Source: an uncultured Elusimicrobia bacterium
Lineage (GTDB): Bacteria > Elusimicrobiota > Elusimicrobia > 2-01-FULL-59-12
Assembly: GCA_963702895.1 (NCBI GenBank)
Contig: OY969767.1
Span: 736,001 to 800,000 of the forward strand
Length of the DNA: 64,000 bases
Direction of reading: 5' to 3'
Shown here: in pieces, positions 1-10,362 of the stretch
Layout: each line of letters opens with the position of its first letter
Position numbering within the stretch: position 1 is the stretch's first letter
Made by a program: the position numbers and the translations under genes
Notes under the pieces: model-generated
Database searches by the model: none
The model's input: the letters and a program-made list of their open reading frames with translations, nothing else
What the model was told of the DNA's origin: nothing

Positions 1-1
1 A

Positions 2-3000
2 ACTGATCCAGCGGCAAGGTTAGCTGAAGTTCGATATAACTTCGAAGATATTAGGGCAGAAGATTCGCCCGATGGACTGGCCTATAAGAAAGGTACATAT
101 CGCTTCGAGATCACGAAAAAAGGTCTGGAAGGAAATGAGGGAGCGTTACTCCAACAAAGGATAACTGAATTAAATCGCGGACTCCAGAAGATTGCTGAAG
201 CAGTTGGGATTGATGGCCTATTCCGGACACAGATCAATCAAATTCTTCAGGCTATTGGTGTGCCTCGTACATTTATTGTTGAAGGGACTGGCGGAGGCAA
301 GACCAAAGTGATCACGCCGGCGCTCGCCTACTTGTTGAAATCGGTATATGGCGATGCGATCGGGAGGGTTACGGTTGCTTTGCCGGATACCAATTTGTTG
401 CGCGGCGCATACAGTGAAGTTGGAATAGTCTACGAAAAACTCTACGGCAAAGGTGGAGTTTATAAATTGGAGGGCGATGCCATTAAGGGACAGGGCATCG
501 CATCAGTTATCGAGAGTGTACGTAAGGCCAAGGTCATCTATACGACACGCGATACACTGAAACAGCTTGAAATGCAATATTCCGCTTCTGCAATGTCATC
601 GCCAAAAGAAGTGGAGTTGTACAAGCTGCTCATTGATAAAGGCGTCATCATTGCCGATGAAGCCCATCAGTTGCGAAAAGTAGATCTTATACAAGGCAAT
701 GATGGAACGCAGCCGCTTCGAATCGCTAACCGTGAAATGAATGACGCGATGCTTCGCGTAGATGCCGTGCTAGAGTCAATGAGAAATGACCCTCAATACA
801 AAGCCTACCAAGACTTTCTGTCTCGTACTGGATTTAGAGACAACTACGATTCGTTTTATCGCTTCATGGCTGAACATGTTGCAGAAGACGGCTCGTTCAG
901 CTCCTCGTTTTTGCAGGCTTATGCAAAGGCAAGTCAAGGTCGAGTGAACATGAAAGACCTGCGAAACCCCCGCTCATTTGCAATGGAGAATGAAGCGGCA
1001 GCGCTGCGAGGCTTTGGGGAAGCTGTGACCATCGCGCACCAATCGGAAAACGGCTATGGGCTTCATGCGAAAGCAAAGCCAGGCCAAGTTGTTCCTATGT
1101 CCCTGGGAGAGCCCAACCCAACTATGCGATGGAGCGATTCGGCGATGACAGGGGCGCGCCAGATCGTAGGTGCGAGGCGTCTTTCAGATGCAAAGCAATG
1201 GAACAAGGAGGGTAGGGCAGATCTCAGCGCGAAAAGCTTGCTTGAAAATGCCGAGACCAATGGGTCATCCGTGAGAGTTACCGACCTCAGTTATCTCAAA
1301 CGGTTCATGGGTGTGATCGAGCTGTCGGGATCGCCACAAGGCGTGATTCAGCGCGAAGCGGTTGACCTTGGTCTCATGGCGCCGAGGAATTATCAGGACT
1401 CTTCTCCAATGGCCCGGCTGCTCGAACGAGGGATGAATTGGATTCGAGGTCAGGATGTGAAAAATGTTCAGGATGTCAAAGAGATGGCAGCGCTTGCGGC
1501 CAGAGAGATCGAAGGACGACAAGTTGCCGTCATTGGAATTGAGTCCAATCAACTGCATGGTTTCGAGTATTCAAAGGCTTTGGTCGATAGACTATCGAAA
1601 GAGCCTGGTCGAATCGTCTTAGTCCAAAGCGGGCCTAAAGTCGAGATCTTTAGAGATGGTGTGAAGCTCGGCGAAAGACCCTCGGGCGAACTGGGTGACA
1701 TTTTAACGAGTCGCGAAGCTCAAGAACGCTACCTCGGAGGCCCGCTTGGCAAACAGAAGATCGCGATCGTTCTTGATCAAGGAGGGGTCACAGGGACTGA
1801 CATCAAAATACCATTTAAGCCCGCCAAGGTATTGCAGTCTTTGGAAAGATTTGCTGATGGTGCGCGTCGGGACAGTCTGCGCGCAGACGAGCTCGAACAG
1901 ATTCGCCTGGATCCGGCTGCGCGTCGTTTGTTCAGCGAAGACGGAAGGCTGATAGGTTCACTGGATCAAGTGCGCAATCGAATTGTTGAACTGAAGACTT
2001 CAGAAATGGTGAGCCGGCTATTACGTGGAGATCCACTGACTGAAGTGGAAGCTCGTAGCTTGAAAGCAGGCCTTGAAACGCTGGCTCGCTCTGGGGATAA
2101 GGCGGCTGGGGATCTTTCACGGATCGTAAAGGGAATCCAAGATGCTGAATTCGCGAAAGTTGAGGTCTTGAAAGATAAAGGTTTATTCGATCAGGCCAAC
2201 CCCGCGGCCAGGGAGATGTATCGAGGCGTGTTCAGTGAATATTTAGATAGTGGACCCAAATTCATTTCCGTGGGAGGCAAAGAGACAGCCTCCAAGCGGC
2301 TCGTTCAAACAGTCGGCCGCGATCGTGGCATTGATGTCGCGGCGTATGGGTACCACTCCAAGACGGTCATCAAAATTACAGGCGAGCCGATTGAAGAACC
2401 ATCCAGACGTCTGACAGATTTACTCAAAACCACAGAAATCAATGAGGCACGAAACAATCAAGAAGACTTATACCAAGGCTTTGTATCTGCGCTGACTGAA
2501 AACATGCTTAGCCGTTTTGATCATATGCTTACCAATATTGATCCGGGAATGGGGGGGCGGCGTGTAAAGGCGGAACGAGATGCCGTGATCTCGGCACGGA
2601 AGGCTTTTGAAAAGAGAGCAGGTCTTAACAGTAATCTGGTCGTCGGAAAGCGTACGAAGGCTTTTCAAGCGCTTCAGCAAGATGTCGTCCGGTTGCAGGA
2701 GACATTTGAGCGCGTCACGAAAGAATACAGGAGCGCTCTTGGGAAAGCAAATCGTGCATTTGTCGACACGATGAATCAGAATCAAGTGCGTCTTGCTTTT
2801 AATGAAGGGTCTCAGGGATGGAAAGCGTCGGATGGTATTGATTCAAAGCAAAGACTGTTTAATCCATCACCCGTAGCTGAGGGGCAGGCTGGAGCAGGGC
2901 GCCCAGCTGCTGAAATTCAAGGCCTGGTAGGTCTCGGCTTCAGTGAAGCTGTCAGTCGAATTGGACGGGCTCTCAAAGCCAGTGATTTGGATTTTGAAAT

Positions 3001-6000
3001 AGGGCAGCCTCAAAAAACGGCTGTGACATCCGCAGAAAATCTCATTTCGTACGCACAAGACCGCCTGGCTGCATCGCGGTCCAGCGTGGTGTCTGTTCGC
3101 GATCTCCTTGAAATTCAGCGCGCCTCTGTTCGTGCAGCCAATAGCCTGGGACCTAACGGACATCTGCCGCCGGTTGTGGGGATGATTGCTTCAGTTGGCG
3201 CTTCGCCCGATGATATTAAGGAGATCTTAACGCGAGAGCCTAAGATCAAAGGAGCAAACCCCGACACGCCGGATGCTCTTCCTGACTTTGTTCCGAAATT
3301 ACAGACAGCGGGACCGTCACAACGGGTGGCGGCTAGTATGAATGGTGTTGCTGACGACCTCAGGCAGGGATGGATGAGTTCCAAGGGTTACAAGAAACCA
3401 CTAGCAGCGCTTGCCAATGCCGTTCGCTCTTATGGAAGTGGACAGGTCACGGATTCTGGACGATTTAATATTGCTCTGAATGCGTACAAAGCAGCGCCCG
3501 CGTTGGTCGGCCATGCGTTTCTGCCTGAATTAGCGTTGAACAACGCACAAGCAGCCAGAGAGTCGCTTTCTGCAATGCAAAGCGCTTTGAGTGAAGCCAA
3601 GGACCCATTAGTTACTCGTAGTCTGGAACGATCGATTCAGATTGCTCAGAACGCCCCGCGGGCGGCCGTCGAATCCGACCCCGGCTACACCGTCGTGCGG
3701 GAGGGCCAGGGCGCGCAGGCGGCCGTGGCGGTGCACGTGACGGGGGCGACGGCCGAGCTCACGAGAGGCATCCTGAGCCTGCTGAAGTATGCCGCGGCCT
3801 CCAAGGCGCCGGTCACCATTTACGATCCCCAAAAACTTCTGTCGGCGCGGCTGCAACTGGAGATTGAGAAAGCCAAGCAGGCCGGCGCGCTGGTCGAGTT
3901 AACAGACCAAGCGCCTCCTCCCTTGACCGTCCGCCAGACAGTGCAGGCGGCCGCCAATCGTGCCTTTGGCGCGGCGGGCCGGCCTTCCTTTGATATTGCC
4001 GGCGCGGTAAAGCTCCAGGAGCGTGTCACTCAGCTTGGGCGCCAGCATGCAGAGGCTATCCAGAAACAGAGGATGGCACAGCTGGTCGAAGCACACGGTC
4101 CCGAGATCCTCCAGCGCATGGGGCCGCAATTTGCCGATCTTCGTCCCGAAGACTTGAAGCTCACGCCGAAAGAACAACAAGGGCTTCAAGAGCTGCAAAG
4201 GGCCCAGGAAGAACTGGAGCAGAGGGTGCATGCCTTGCGGCCTTACGCACCGCTTTACCTGGACGCCTATCGCGTGCAGAAGCCGATGGCCGCGTTCGAG
4301 AACGATCCGCGGCATGAGCTGCTCAAGCAGCTGGCGGCCGCCCAAGACGACGCGGGCGCCCTGAAGGCGCTTCACGAGTATGCACAGCCGGCTGTGACCC
4401 CTGAGCAGGAGCGCGCCGCGCTGAGTAGAGCCACCAGCGATTCCTTTGTTAGCAAGCTTCCGGATGGCACGCTGAAATTCTTTGGCCTTGAAGCCCCGGC
4501 AGGTGTATTGCAGGCCTTCGATACAGCCCTGGCGATGGTCATCAAGGGGAACGCTGGATTGAAGCCCCTCTCGGGGCCCATGGGTCAATTGCGGGGAGGT
4601 CTCTCGAGTGATCCGGCTTTTGAAAAGCTGGATATGGCCGGACAGATCGCTACTTTGGAAGCGAGATTGGCCGACTATTTGACATCGATGAAGCAGCTCC
4701 CTGTATACACTTCTGCGCAGGAGGCTATCGCTAGGGCGTCTCAAATGGCATTTGAAGGCCCCACCATCAAGACCCGCGGTCTGATGGAAGAGCAGATTGC
4801 CGTGCAGACAAGAGACCTTCCTCGAGAGACCGTGCCCATTTTTGTCGTCGAGGATGAACAAGCCGAGCAGATTCTGAATCCCGCCGGGACGGTCATGACG
4901 GGGCATCACCCCAAAGTGATCACGCAAGAGCAATACCAGGCCTATCAAATGGAATTGAGCAATTTGATCAAAGCCGCCGCGGAGAAACGGGTTAGCGATC
5001 TGCCCAAGTGGTTTGCGGCGCGGGAGGCCTATGCCACACGGCAGCAGACGATGCAGGCGGGCTCATCGGTGGCGACGCTGGTCGTGACGACCCTGGTTAC
5101 GCTGGGCCTCATTTCGTCGGGCGTGGGCACGGTCATGGGCATTGTGGTGGGCTTGCCCATGATGTGGCAGATGATGAAGACCATGCCAGCCATGATGCAG
5201 GCCATGAAGCTCGCCAAGCAGAATGGAACGCGCCCGGCCGCAGCGGCGCCTTCGGCGCCGCGTCTCGCGCTGCCGCAGATGGCCGGTATCGGAATTGCGG
5301 CGGCGGTGGTGCTGGCGTCGATGATCTTCGGATCCATGTTCTATGGCATTCCTCTGGGCCTGGGCAGCATGGTAATGAGCTTATTGATTCCCATTTTCAC
5401 CGGCGGGTCCGTTCTTTCCTTCGGGATTGGCGCGCTGCGCCACGTGCGCCGCGCCGCATCAGCACCGCCCGGCTCTCTCTCCGCTTTGGCGCAGCTTGAG
5501 CACATGGAGCCGGCGGCGCTCAAGAGGTTGGCCCGTGGCGCCAAGCTGGATGAGGAGACGGCCGACGCGCTCGTTGACAAATTTGCGGACGTGGCGCCGG
5601 TGACAACCGACGGCCTGTCGCCGCTTACGCTTTTCCGCGAGGCTTTGCGTGATCAGATTTATAAACTGACCGATGATGAGTTTCTGGCATCGAAATTGGC
5701 GAAAGAAACTTGGGCAAAGTTTGAACAAGCACTCGATCAAGGACTTGATTTTGAAGGCCTGCAGAAGAAAATCCGAGAGTATAAAGCCTCGGGCGAAGCC
5801 GGTCAATTCAAGGATCGGTTTAACAAGCTCCTGATGAGAGCATGGCGTAGCGCACAATACTCTCAGGCGATCCTCTATCGCGCAGCCGCGCGCCGTGCGA
5901 TTGCCGGCATCCGCCCCGGAGCGCTTCTGGCCGCGCCTTCGGCACGCGAAGTCCCGCTCATTCGGCAAGCCGTGAAAGCCATCCAAGCTCAACAAGCTAA

Positions 6001-6682
6001 CGCCAGCGAGGCGGCAGCACCAAACGCTGCCGCGGCGCCCGTTCCTTGGCGGGTGATTGACGGCAGTGCCTATCAGCAGTTCCTTGCCGCGGTGAAGGCG
6101 CAGGCCCGCCCGGCGGCTGCCGCCGCGCAGCCGGCGAGTGCTTCAGTTTCCGTACCCGATTCTGCGGCGGAGGTGAGACCTGACCCCGTTTCACCCGCCG
6201 CAGCTCTTTCTCCGATCGTCCGCACGAGCGTCCTCGTCTACAGCGGCTTGGCGATGGTCGGCATTTTCGCGGCGGCCATGCTGCCAGGGGCCGCCGCCGT
6301 TGCCGCCATCGCCGGCGTCGGCTTCATGGCCTCGATGTGGAGGCGCATGACGGATCAGGCGCTTCCTTCACCAGCAGTGACCGCCCAAGCGCCGCCGCGC
6401 TCCTTCTTCGGCATGCCCGTGAGTCGTCTGGCAAGAGTCGGTGGGTTGGCGAGCGCGCTCATTCTGGTTTTCAGCGCCCTCTCGCAAGCCTCACCGTCCC
6501 AGGTGCCCGGCGCGGCCGCCGCCGCGACCGGCTTCTCATGGGCGTCCCTCGGCTCGCTGGCCGCGCCGGTGGCCCTGGTGGCCGTCGTCGCGATCGCGGC
6601 TGTTAGCCTCATCCGTCACTACCGCTCCTCCCGCAGCCCTGTTCCTGAAGACCACAAGAAAGCCTTCGGCGCCACCGCCTAA
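2..6682 (+). CDS. Giant multidomain membrane protein ORF1 (5'-truncated); SecA-like/SF2 ATPase region, C-terminal TM segments
   Basis: The frame is open from position 2 (TDPAARLAEV...) through the GTG at 260 to TAA 6680-6682. Motifs: EGTGGGKT (281-304), IADEAH (650-667), GVTGTDIKI (~1784-1810), QTVGRDRG (2306-2329). Hydrophobic helices at ~5060-5430 and ~6230-6615. Confidence 0.85.
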   Translation, partial: TDPAARLAEVRYNFEDIRAEDSPDGLAYKKGTYRFEITKKGLEGNEGALLQQRITELNRGLQKIAEAVGIDGLFRTQINQILQAIGVPRTFIVEGTGGGKTKVITPALAYLLKSVYGDAIGRVTVALPDTNLLRGAYSEVGIVYEKLYGKGGVYKLEGDAIKGQGIASVIESVRKAKVIYTTRDTLKQLEMQYSASAMSSPKEVELYKLLIDKGVIIADEAHQLRKVDLIQGNDGTQPLRIANREMNDAMLRVDAVLESMRNDPQYKAYQDFLSRTGFRDNYDSFYRFMAEHVAEDGSFSSSFLQAYAKASQGRVNMKDLRNPRSFAMENEAAALRGFGEAVTIAHQSENGYGLHAKAKPGQVVPMSLGEPNPTMRWSDSAMTGARQIVGARRLSDAKQWNKEGRADLSAKSLLENAETNGSSVRVTDLSYLKRFMGVIELSGSPQGVIQREAVDLGLMAPRNYQDSSPMARLLERGMNWIRGQDVKNVQDVKEMAALAAREIEGRQVAVIGIESNQLHGFEYSKALVDRLSKEPGRIVLVQSGPKVEIFRDGVKLGERPSGELGDILTSREAQERYLGGPLGKQKIAIVLDQGGVTGTDIKIPFKPAKVLQSLERFADGARRDSLRADELEQIRLDPAARRLFSEDGRLIGSLDQVRNRIVELKTSEMVSRLLRGDPLTEVEARSLKAGLETLARSGDKAAGDLSRIVKGIQDAEFAKVEVLKDKGLFDQANPAAREMYRGVFSEYLDSGPKFISVGGKETASKRLVQTVGRDRGIDVAAYGYHSKTVIKITGEPIEEPSRRLTDLLKTTEINEARNNQEDLYQGFVSALTENMLSRFDHMLTNIDPGMGGRRVKAERDAVISARKAFEKRAGLNSNLVVGKRTKAFQALQQDVVRLQETFERVTKEYRSALGKANRAFVDTMNQNQVRLAFNEGSQGWKASDGIDSKQRLFNPSPVAEGQAGAGRPAAEIQGLVGLGFSEAVSRIGRALKASDLDFEIGQPQKTAVTSAENLISYAQDRLAASRSSVVSVRDLLEIQRASVRAANSLGPNGHLPPVVGMIASVGASPDDIKEILTREPKIKGANPDTPDALPDFVPKLQTAGPSQRVAASMNGVADDLRQGWMSSKGYKKPLAALANAVRSYGSGQVTDSGRFNIALNAYKAAPALVGHAFLPELALNNAQAARESLSAMQSALSEAKDPLVTRSLERSIQIAQNAPRAAVESDPGYTVVREGQGAQAAVAVHVTGATAELTRGILSLLKYAAASKAPVTIYDPQKLLSARLQLEIEKAKQAGALVELTDQAPPPLTVRQTVQAAANRAFGAAGRPSFDIAGAVKLQERVTQLGRQHAEAIQKQRMAQLVEAHGPEILQRMGPQFADLRPEDLKLTPKEQQGLQELQRAQEELEQRVHALRPYAPLYLDAYRVQKPMAAFENDPRHELLKQLAAAQDDAGALKALHEYAQPAVTPEQERAALSRATSDSFVSKLPDGTLKFFGLEAPAGVLQAFDTALAMVIKGNAGLKPLSGPMGQLRGGLSSDPAFEKLDMAGQIATLEARLADYLTSMKQLPVYTSAQEAIARASQMAFEGPTIKTRGLMEEQIAVQTRDLPRETVPIFVVEDEQAEQILNPAGTVMTGHHPKVITQEQYQAYQMELSNLIKAAAEKRVSDLPKWFAAREAYATRQQTMQAGSSVATLVVTTLVTLGLISSGVGTVMGIVVGLPMMWQMMKTMPAMMQAMKLAKQNGTRPAAAAPSAPRLALPQMAGIGIAAAVVLASMIFGSMFYGIPLGLGSMVMSLLIPIFTGGSVLSFGIGALRHVRRAASAPPGSLSALAQLEHMEPAALKRLARGAKLDEETADALVDKFADVAPVTTDGLSPLTLFREALRDQIYKLTDDEFLASKLAKETWAKFEQALDQGLDFEGLQKKIREYKASGEAGQFKDRFNKLLMRAWRSAQYSQAILYRAAARRAIAGIRPGALLAAPSAREVPLIRQAVKAIQAQQANASEAAAPNAAAAPVPWRVIDGSAYQQFLAAVKAQARPAAAAAQPASASVSVPDSAAEVRPDPVSPAAALSPIVRTSVLVYSGLAMVGIFAAAMLPGAAAVAAIAGVGFMASMWRRMTDQALPSPAVTAQAPPRSFFGMPVSRLARVGGLASALILVFSALSQASPSQVPGAAAAATGFSWASLGSLAAPVALVAVVAIAAVSLIRHYRSSRSPVPEDHKKAFGATA

Positions 6683-6702
6683 ACTTCAGTAACGACAACA
6701 GC

Positions 6703-7210
6703 GTAACGGGGTATCGGAGTAACGGAGTCACACCAATATAAGTATCGGAGTGTCGGCGTAACGGAGTATCGGGGTCACGTCAGAGCCGGAACTCCGTTCC
6801 TCCGAAATGCCGTTACGCTGACGCCGTTACGCCGATACTCCGATCCTCCGATACTCCGATACGCTGTCGCCGTTACCCCGTTACGCCGATACTCCGATAC
6901 TCCGATACGCTGTCGCCGTTACCCCGTTACGCCGATACTCCGATACTCCGATACGCTGTCGCCGTTACCCCGTCACGCCGATACTCCGTTACGCTGTCGC
7001 CGTTACCCCGTTACGCCGATACTCCGATACTCCGATACGCTGTCGCCGATACTCCGATACTCCGATACTCCGATACGCTGTCGCCGTTACCCCGTCACGC
7101 CGATACTCCGTTACGCTGTTGCCGTTACCCCGTTACGCCGATACTCCGATACTCCGATACGCTGTCGCCGTTACCCCGTTACGCCGATACTCCGATACTC
7201 CCATACCCCG
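6703..7210. repeat. Palindromic octamer-repeat element, copy A (intergenic)
   Basis: Left arm of GTAWCGGN octamers, core GGGGTCACGTCAGAGCCGGAACTCCG (6771-6796), right arm of NCCGWTAC octamers. The right arm is organised in a ~46-bp higher-order unit GCTGTCGCCGTTACCCCGTTACGCCGATACTCCGATACTCCGATAC. Confidence 0.95.
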
Positions 7211-7293
7211 ACCCTGATGCCCTGGGGGCGGGCCACCAGAACGGTTGAATTAATGGAAATATGCTTATAAATAACAAGATAATGTTACATGAC

Positions 7294-7322
7294 TTGTCTT
7301 TATGACATCTCTATGTTATATT
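7294..7322 (+). promoter_or_regulatory. Putative sigma70 promoter (TTGTCT-N17-TATATT, with extended -10 TG)
   Basis: -35 at 7294-7299, TG at 7314-7315, -10 at 7317-7322; ATG at 7328. Confidence 0.55.
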
Positions 7323-7327
7323 CCTCA

Positions 7328-8485
7328 ATGCCTATGGATTTCAATCGGTTGCTCAATTTGGAGCAGTACACGAGTTCAGTCTTTCTGTTTGGCCCGCGCA
7401 TGACCGGGAAAACATTTCTTCTGCGCCGGCTTACGACGTCACTCTATGTGGATCTTCTGGACCCGCAAGTGGAGCTCGAGCTCAAAGCGTCGCCCAAATT
7501 GTTCTGGGAAAAAGTCGCGGTCCTTCCCGAGGGGGCGTCCGTTATCGTCGATGAAATCCAGCGGATTCCGCCGCTCTTGGATTACGTGCAAAAGGCCATC
7601 GAAGAGAAGAAGCTGCGCTTTATTCTTTCGGGCTCCAGCGCGCGCAAATTGCGGCGCGGTGGCGCAAATCTTCTGGGAGGGCGCGCGCTGGATTTACGGC
7701 TGCATCCGCTCACGGCGTCTGAAACAGGGGACGCCTTTCGCGTCGAGCGCGCGCTTCAGTTTGGAACCTTGCCGCGCATCTCGCAGCTTCTGCTCGAAGA
7801 TCGCCCGGAGGAAGCGCGGCAAGCCCTGCGCTCCTACTATACCACCTACATCAAAGAGGAAATTCAGGCGGAGGCCCTGACCCGCAACGTCGGTGCTTTC
7901 CAAAGGTTTCTTCAAGTCGCGGCCCAGGCTCACGCGCAGGTGATTGAATTTTCGAACATCGCCCGCGACTGCTCCGTGCCGATGAGTACCGTGAAGGAGT
8001 ATTACTCCATCCTCGAGGACACGCTGCTGGGTGATTTTGTGTGGCCGTGGGACCGCAGCGAGAGAAAAAAAGCCAGGCCCAAGTTTTTCTTTTTTGATAA
8101 CGGGGTGGTCCGGGCCATTCAAAACCGTTTGGTCGATCCTCCGACGGCCCATGAACAAGGTTTTCTTTTTGAGGCCTGGATGGTCCGTGAGCTCGTGCGC
8201 TATCGTGATGCCTTCATGAAACCTCACGAGTTTGCCTTCTGGCGGGACGGAGGCCATGAGATTGATCTTCTCATCATGCAGGGGACGAAGCCTTTGTGGG
8301 CGATCGAATGCAAAGCGGGCCAAGAGGGAGTCTCGTCGGGGACCCTCGCAGCCTTCCGTAGGCGCTTTCCGGATTTGCCGTTGGTCGTTGCCTCACTGCG
8401 CGACCCCTCACCGAGGCGTTTAGATTCTGGCATCGAAATCCTGCCCTGGCGGGACGTTCTCGCTCGTTACCAGGCATTGAAATAA
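7328..8485 (+). CDS. AAA+ ATPase (AAA_14 / DUF4143 family) with C-terminal PD-(D/E)XK-like motif
   Basis: Walker A GPRMTGKT, Walker B IVDEIQ, SGSSA, K..FFDNG, FEAW, EIDLL...IECK. Start chosen at ATG 7328 (the track gives 7289). Confidence 0.85.
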   Translation: MPMDFNRLLNLEQYTSSVFLFGPRMTGKTFLLRRLTTSLYVDLLDPQVELELKASPKLFWEKVAVLPEGASVIVDEIQRIPPLLDYVQKAIEEKKLRFILSGSSARKLRRGGANLLGGRALDLRLHPLTASETGDAFRVERALQFGTLPRISQLLLEDRPEEARQALRSYYTTYIKEEIQAEALTRNVGAFQRFLQVAAQAHAQVIEFSNIARDCSVPMSTVKEYYSILEDTLLGDFVWPWDRSERKKARPKFFFFDNGVVRAIQNRLVDPPTAHEQGFLFEAWMVRELVRYRDAFMKPHEFAFWRDGGHEIDLLIMQGTKPLWAIECKAGQEGVSSGTLAAFRRRFPDLPLVVASLRDPSPRRLDSGIEILPWRDVLARYQALK

Positions 8486-8522
8486 TCGACTTCGGCGCTA
8501 CCGCCTGATCTGCAGTACCGGA

Positions 8523-8890
8523 GTAACGGGGTATCGGAGTAACGGAGTCACACCAATATAAGTATCGGAGTGTCGGCGTAACGGAGTATCGGAGTAACGG
8601 AGTCACACCAATGGAAGTATCGGAGTATTGGCGTAACGGAGTATTGGGGTCACGTCAGAGCCGGAACTCCGTTCCTCCGAAATGCCGTTACGCTGTTGCC
8701 GTTACCCCGTTACTCCGTTACTCCGATACTCCGATACTCCGATACGCTGTCGTCGTTGCCCCGTTACGCCGATACTCCGTTACGCTGTCGCCGTTACCCC
8801 GTTACGCCGTTACTCCGATACTCCGATACTCCGATACGCTGTCGCCGTTACCCCGTTACGCCGTTGCCCTTACCCCGTTACTCCGATACG
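8523..8890. repeat. Palindromic octamer-repeat element, copy B (intergenic)
   Basis: 8523-8592 is identical to 6703-6772, and 8646-8695 is identical to 6771-6820. An NCCGWTAC array follows. Confidence 0.95.
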
Positions 8891-8963
8891 TCGCTCGCCT
8901 CAGGTGATCTTTACAGAGGACGGGACGCGCCACCGCCTGACGACTTCGTTTTTTGAGGTGTAA

Positions 8964-9010
8964 CTCAAATCACTCATGAGTATAATGAGCTATGGCTCAA
9001 ATCACTCATG
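8964..9010 (+). promoter_or_regulatory. -10 box TATAAT flanked by 15-bp direct repeats (possible operator)
   Basis: CTCAAATCACTCATG at 8964-8978 and 8996-9010; TATAAT at 8981-8986; ATG at 8992. Confidence 0.55.
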
Positions 9011-10158
9011 CCCGGTTGCCTCGCCAGCGCTATCTCGTCCAAGCTGTTCGTGAGGATCTTGCCCATAAGATGGTGTTTGTGGGCGGGCCGAGACAAGTGG
9101 GGAAAACAACCTTCGCCCTGAAGTTCCTTGGAACGAAAGCGAATGAAAAACACCCTGCCTATCTCAATTGGGACAATCGGGAGCATCGCGAAAAGATCTT
9201 GAGAGTTCAATTCCCATCACAGGAAAAGCTTGTCGTCCTGGATGAGGTTCATAAGTTTGCGGGCTGGCGCAACCTGGTCAAGGGCTATTATGACACTCAC
9301 AAATCGGAAACGACGCTTCTGGTCACCGGATCGGCTCGTCTGGATTATTACCGAAAAGGGGGGGATTCTCTCCAGGGACGCTATCACTATTACCGGCTTC
9401 ATCCGTTCTCGCTGTCCGAGGTGGATGCTGCTCGACATTCTTCAGCTTTGAGTGATTTGCTTCGCTATGGTGGATTTCCTGAGCCGTTCACCGTGGCTTC
9501 GGAGCGTCAGTGGCGGCGCTGGCAGCGCGAACAACGCGAACGCGTCATTCGGGATGATTTACGGGATCTGGAAAAAGTAAGAGAAGTCTCCATGGTCGAA
9601 CTCCTGCTCGAGCATTTGCCGCGCTGCGTCGGCTCGCCGCTTTCCGTTCTTCATCTGTCGCAGTTGCTTCAGGTCTCTCCTCATGCTGTTGAGCATTGGG
9701 TCTCGATTCTGGAGAGGCTCTACGTGTGCTTTCGAATCGCTCCTTACGGGTCCGCGAAAATACGGGCGGTGCGAAAAGAAAAAAAACTTTATTTCTGGGA
9801 CTGGTCCCAGGCCCCTGAGGGAGGGGCACGTTTTGAGAATCTGGTCGCCTGCCAGCTTCTCAAATACTGTCATCTGCAGGAAGACACACAAGGCTATCGT
9901 ATGGAGCTTCGGTTTTTGCGGGATACGGACAAGCGAGAGGTTGATTTCGTTGTGTTGCAGGAAGGGGAGCCTGTTTTTGCTGTCGAATGCAAATCCGGTG
10001 ATCAGGCCGCCTCGCCTGCGGCACGGTATTTCCGGGATCGGACGCCCATTCCGCTCTTTTATCAGGTTCATTTGCGCGACAAGGACTTTGGCTCAGAAGC
10101 AGCCTCGGTTCGAGTTCTCCCTTTTGCTCGCTTCTGCAAAGTCAGACAAATGCCTTAA
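8992..10158 (+). CDS. AAA+ ATPase (AAA_14 / DUF4143 family)
   Basis: GPRQVGKT, VLDEVH, TGSARLD, YGGFPEP, KLYFWD, FENLV, EVDFV...VECK. Confidence 0.9.
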   Translation: MAQITHARLPRQRYLVQAVREDLAHKMVFVGGPRQVGKTTFALKFLGTKANEKHPAYLNWDNREHREKILRVQFPSQEKLVVLDEVHKFAGWRNLVKGYYDTHKSETTLLVTGSARLDYYRKGGDSLQGRYHYYRLHPFSLSEVDAARHSSALSDLLRYGGFPEPFTVASERQWRRWQREQRERVIRDDLRDLEKVREVSMVELLLEHLPRCVGSPLSVLHLSQLLQVSPHAVEHWVSILERLYVCFRIAPYGSAKIRAVRKEKKLYFWDWSQAPEGGARFENLVACQLLKYCHLQEDTQGYRMELRFLRDTDKREVDFVVLQEGEPVFAVECKSGDQAASPAARYFRDRTPIPLFYQVHLRDKDFGSEAASVRVLPFARFCKVRQMP

Positions 10159-10362
10159 CGAAGAGGGCCCGCCTGACGGCCACAGAATCTCCCACCCCGC
10201 CGTACCGGCGTTTCTTCTGGCGGCATCGCGGCGCTGGGCGTCTTCTTGAGCCGCGCGCGCTCCTCCTCCCCGTCCCCAAGATGTAAACGACACATCTCTG
10301 ACTCGCCGACTCAGCCTCCGCGCTCTCGCCAAGCAAAGCGCATTCTTTGTATCTTATGGTCC

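Noticed and set aside
260..262. GTG 260 as the start of ORF1
   Set aside because: The frame is open to the window edge and the upstream sequence includes a Q-motif-like segment.
6703..8890. CRISPR array
   Set aside because: These are degenerate 8-bp tandem units with no unique spacers, and no cas genes are present.
8274..8963. ORFs over the repeat element (8274-8606 -, 8611-8907, 8682-8963, 8696-8956)
   Set aside because: They are low-complexity translations of the octamer array.
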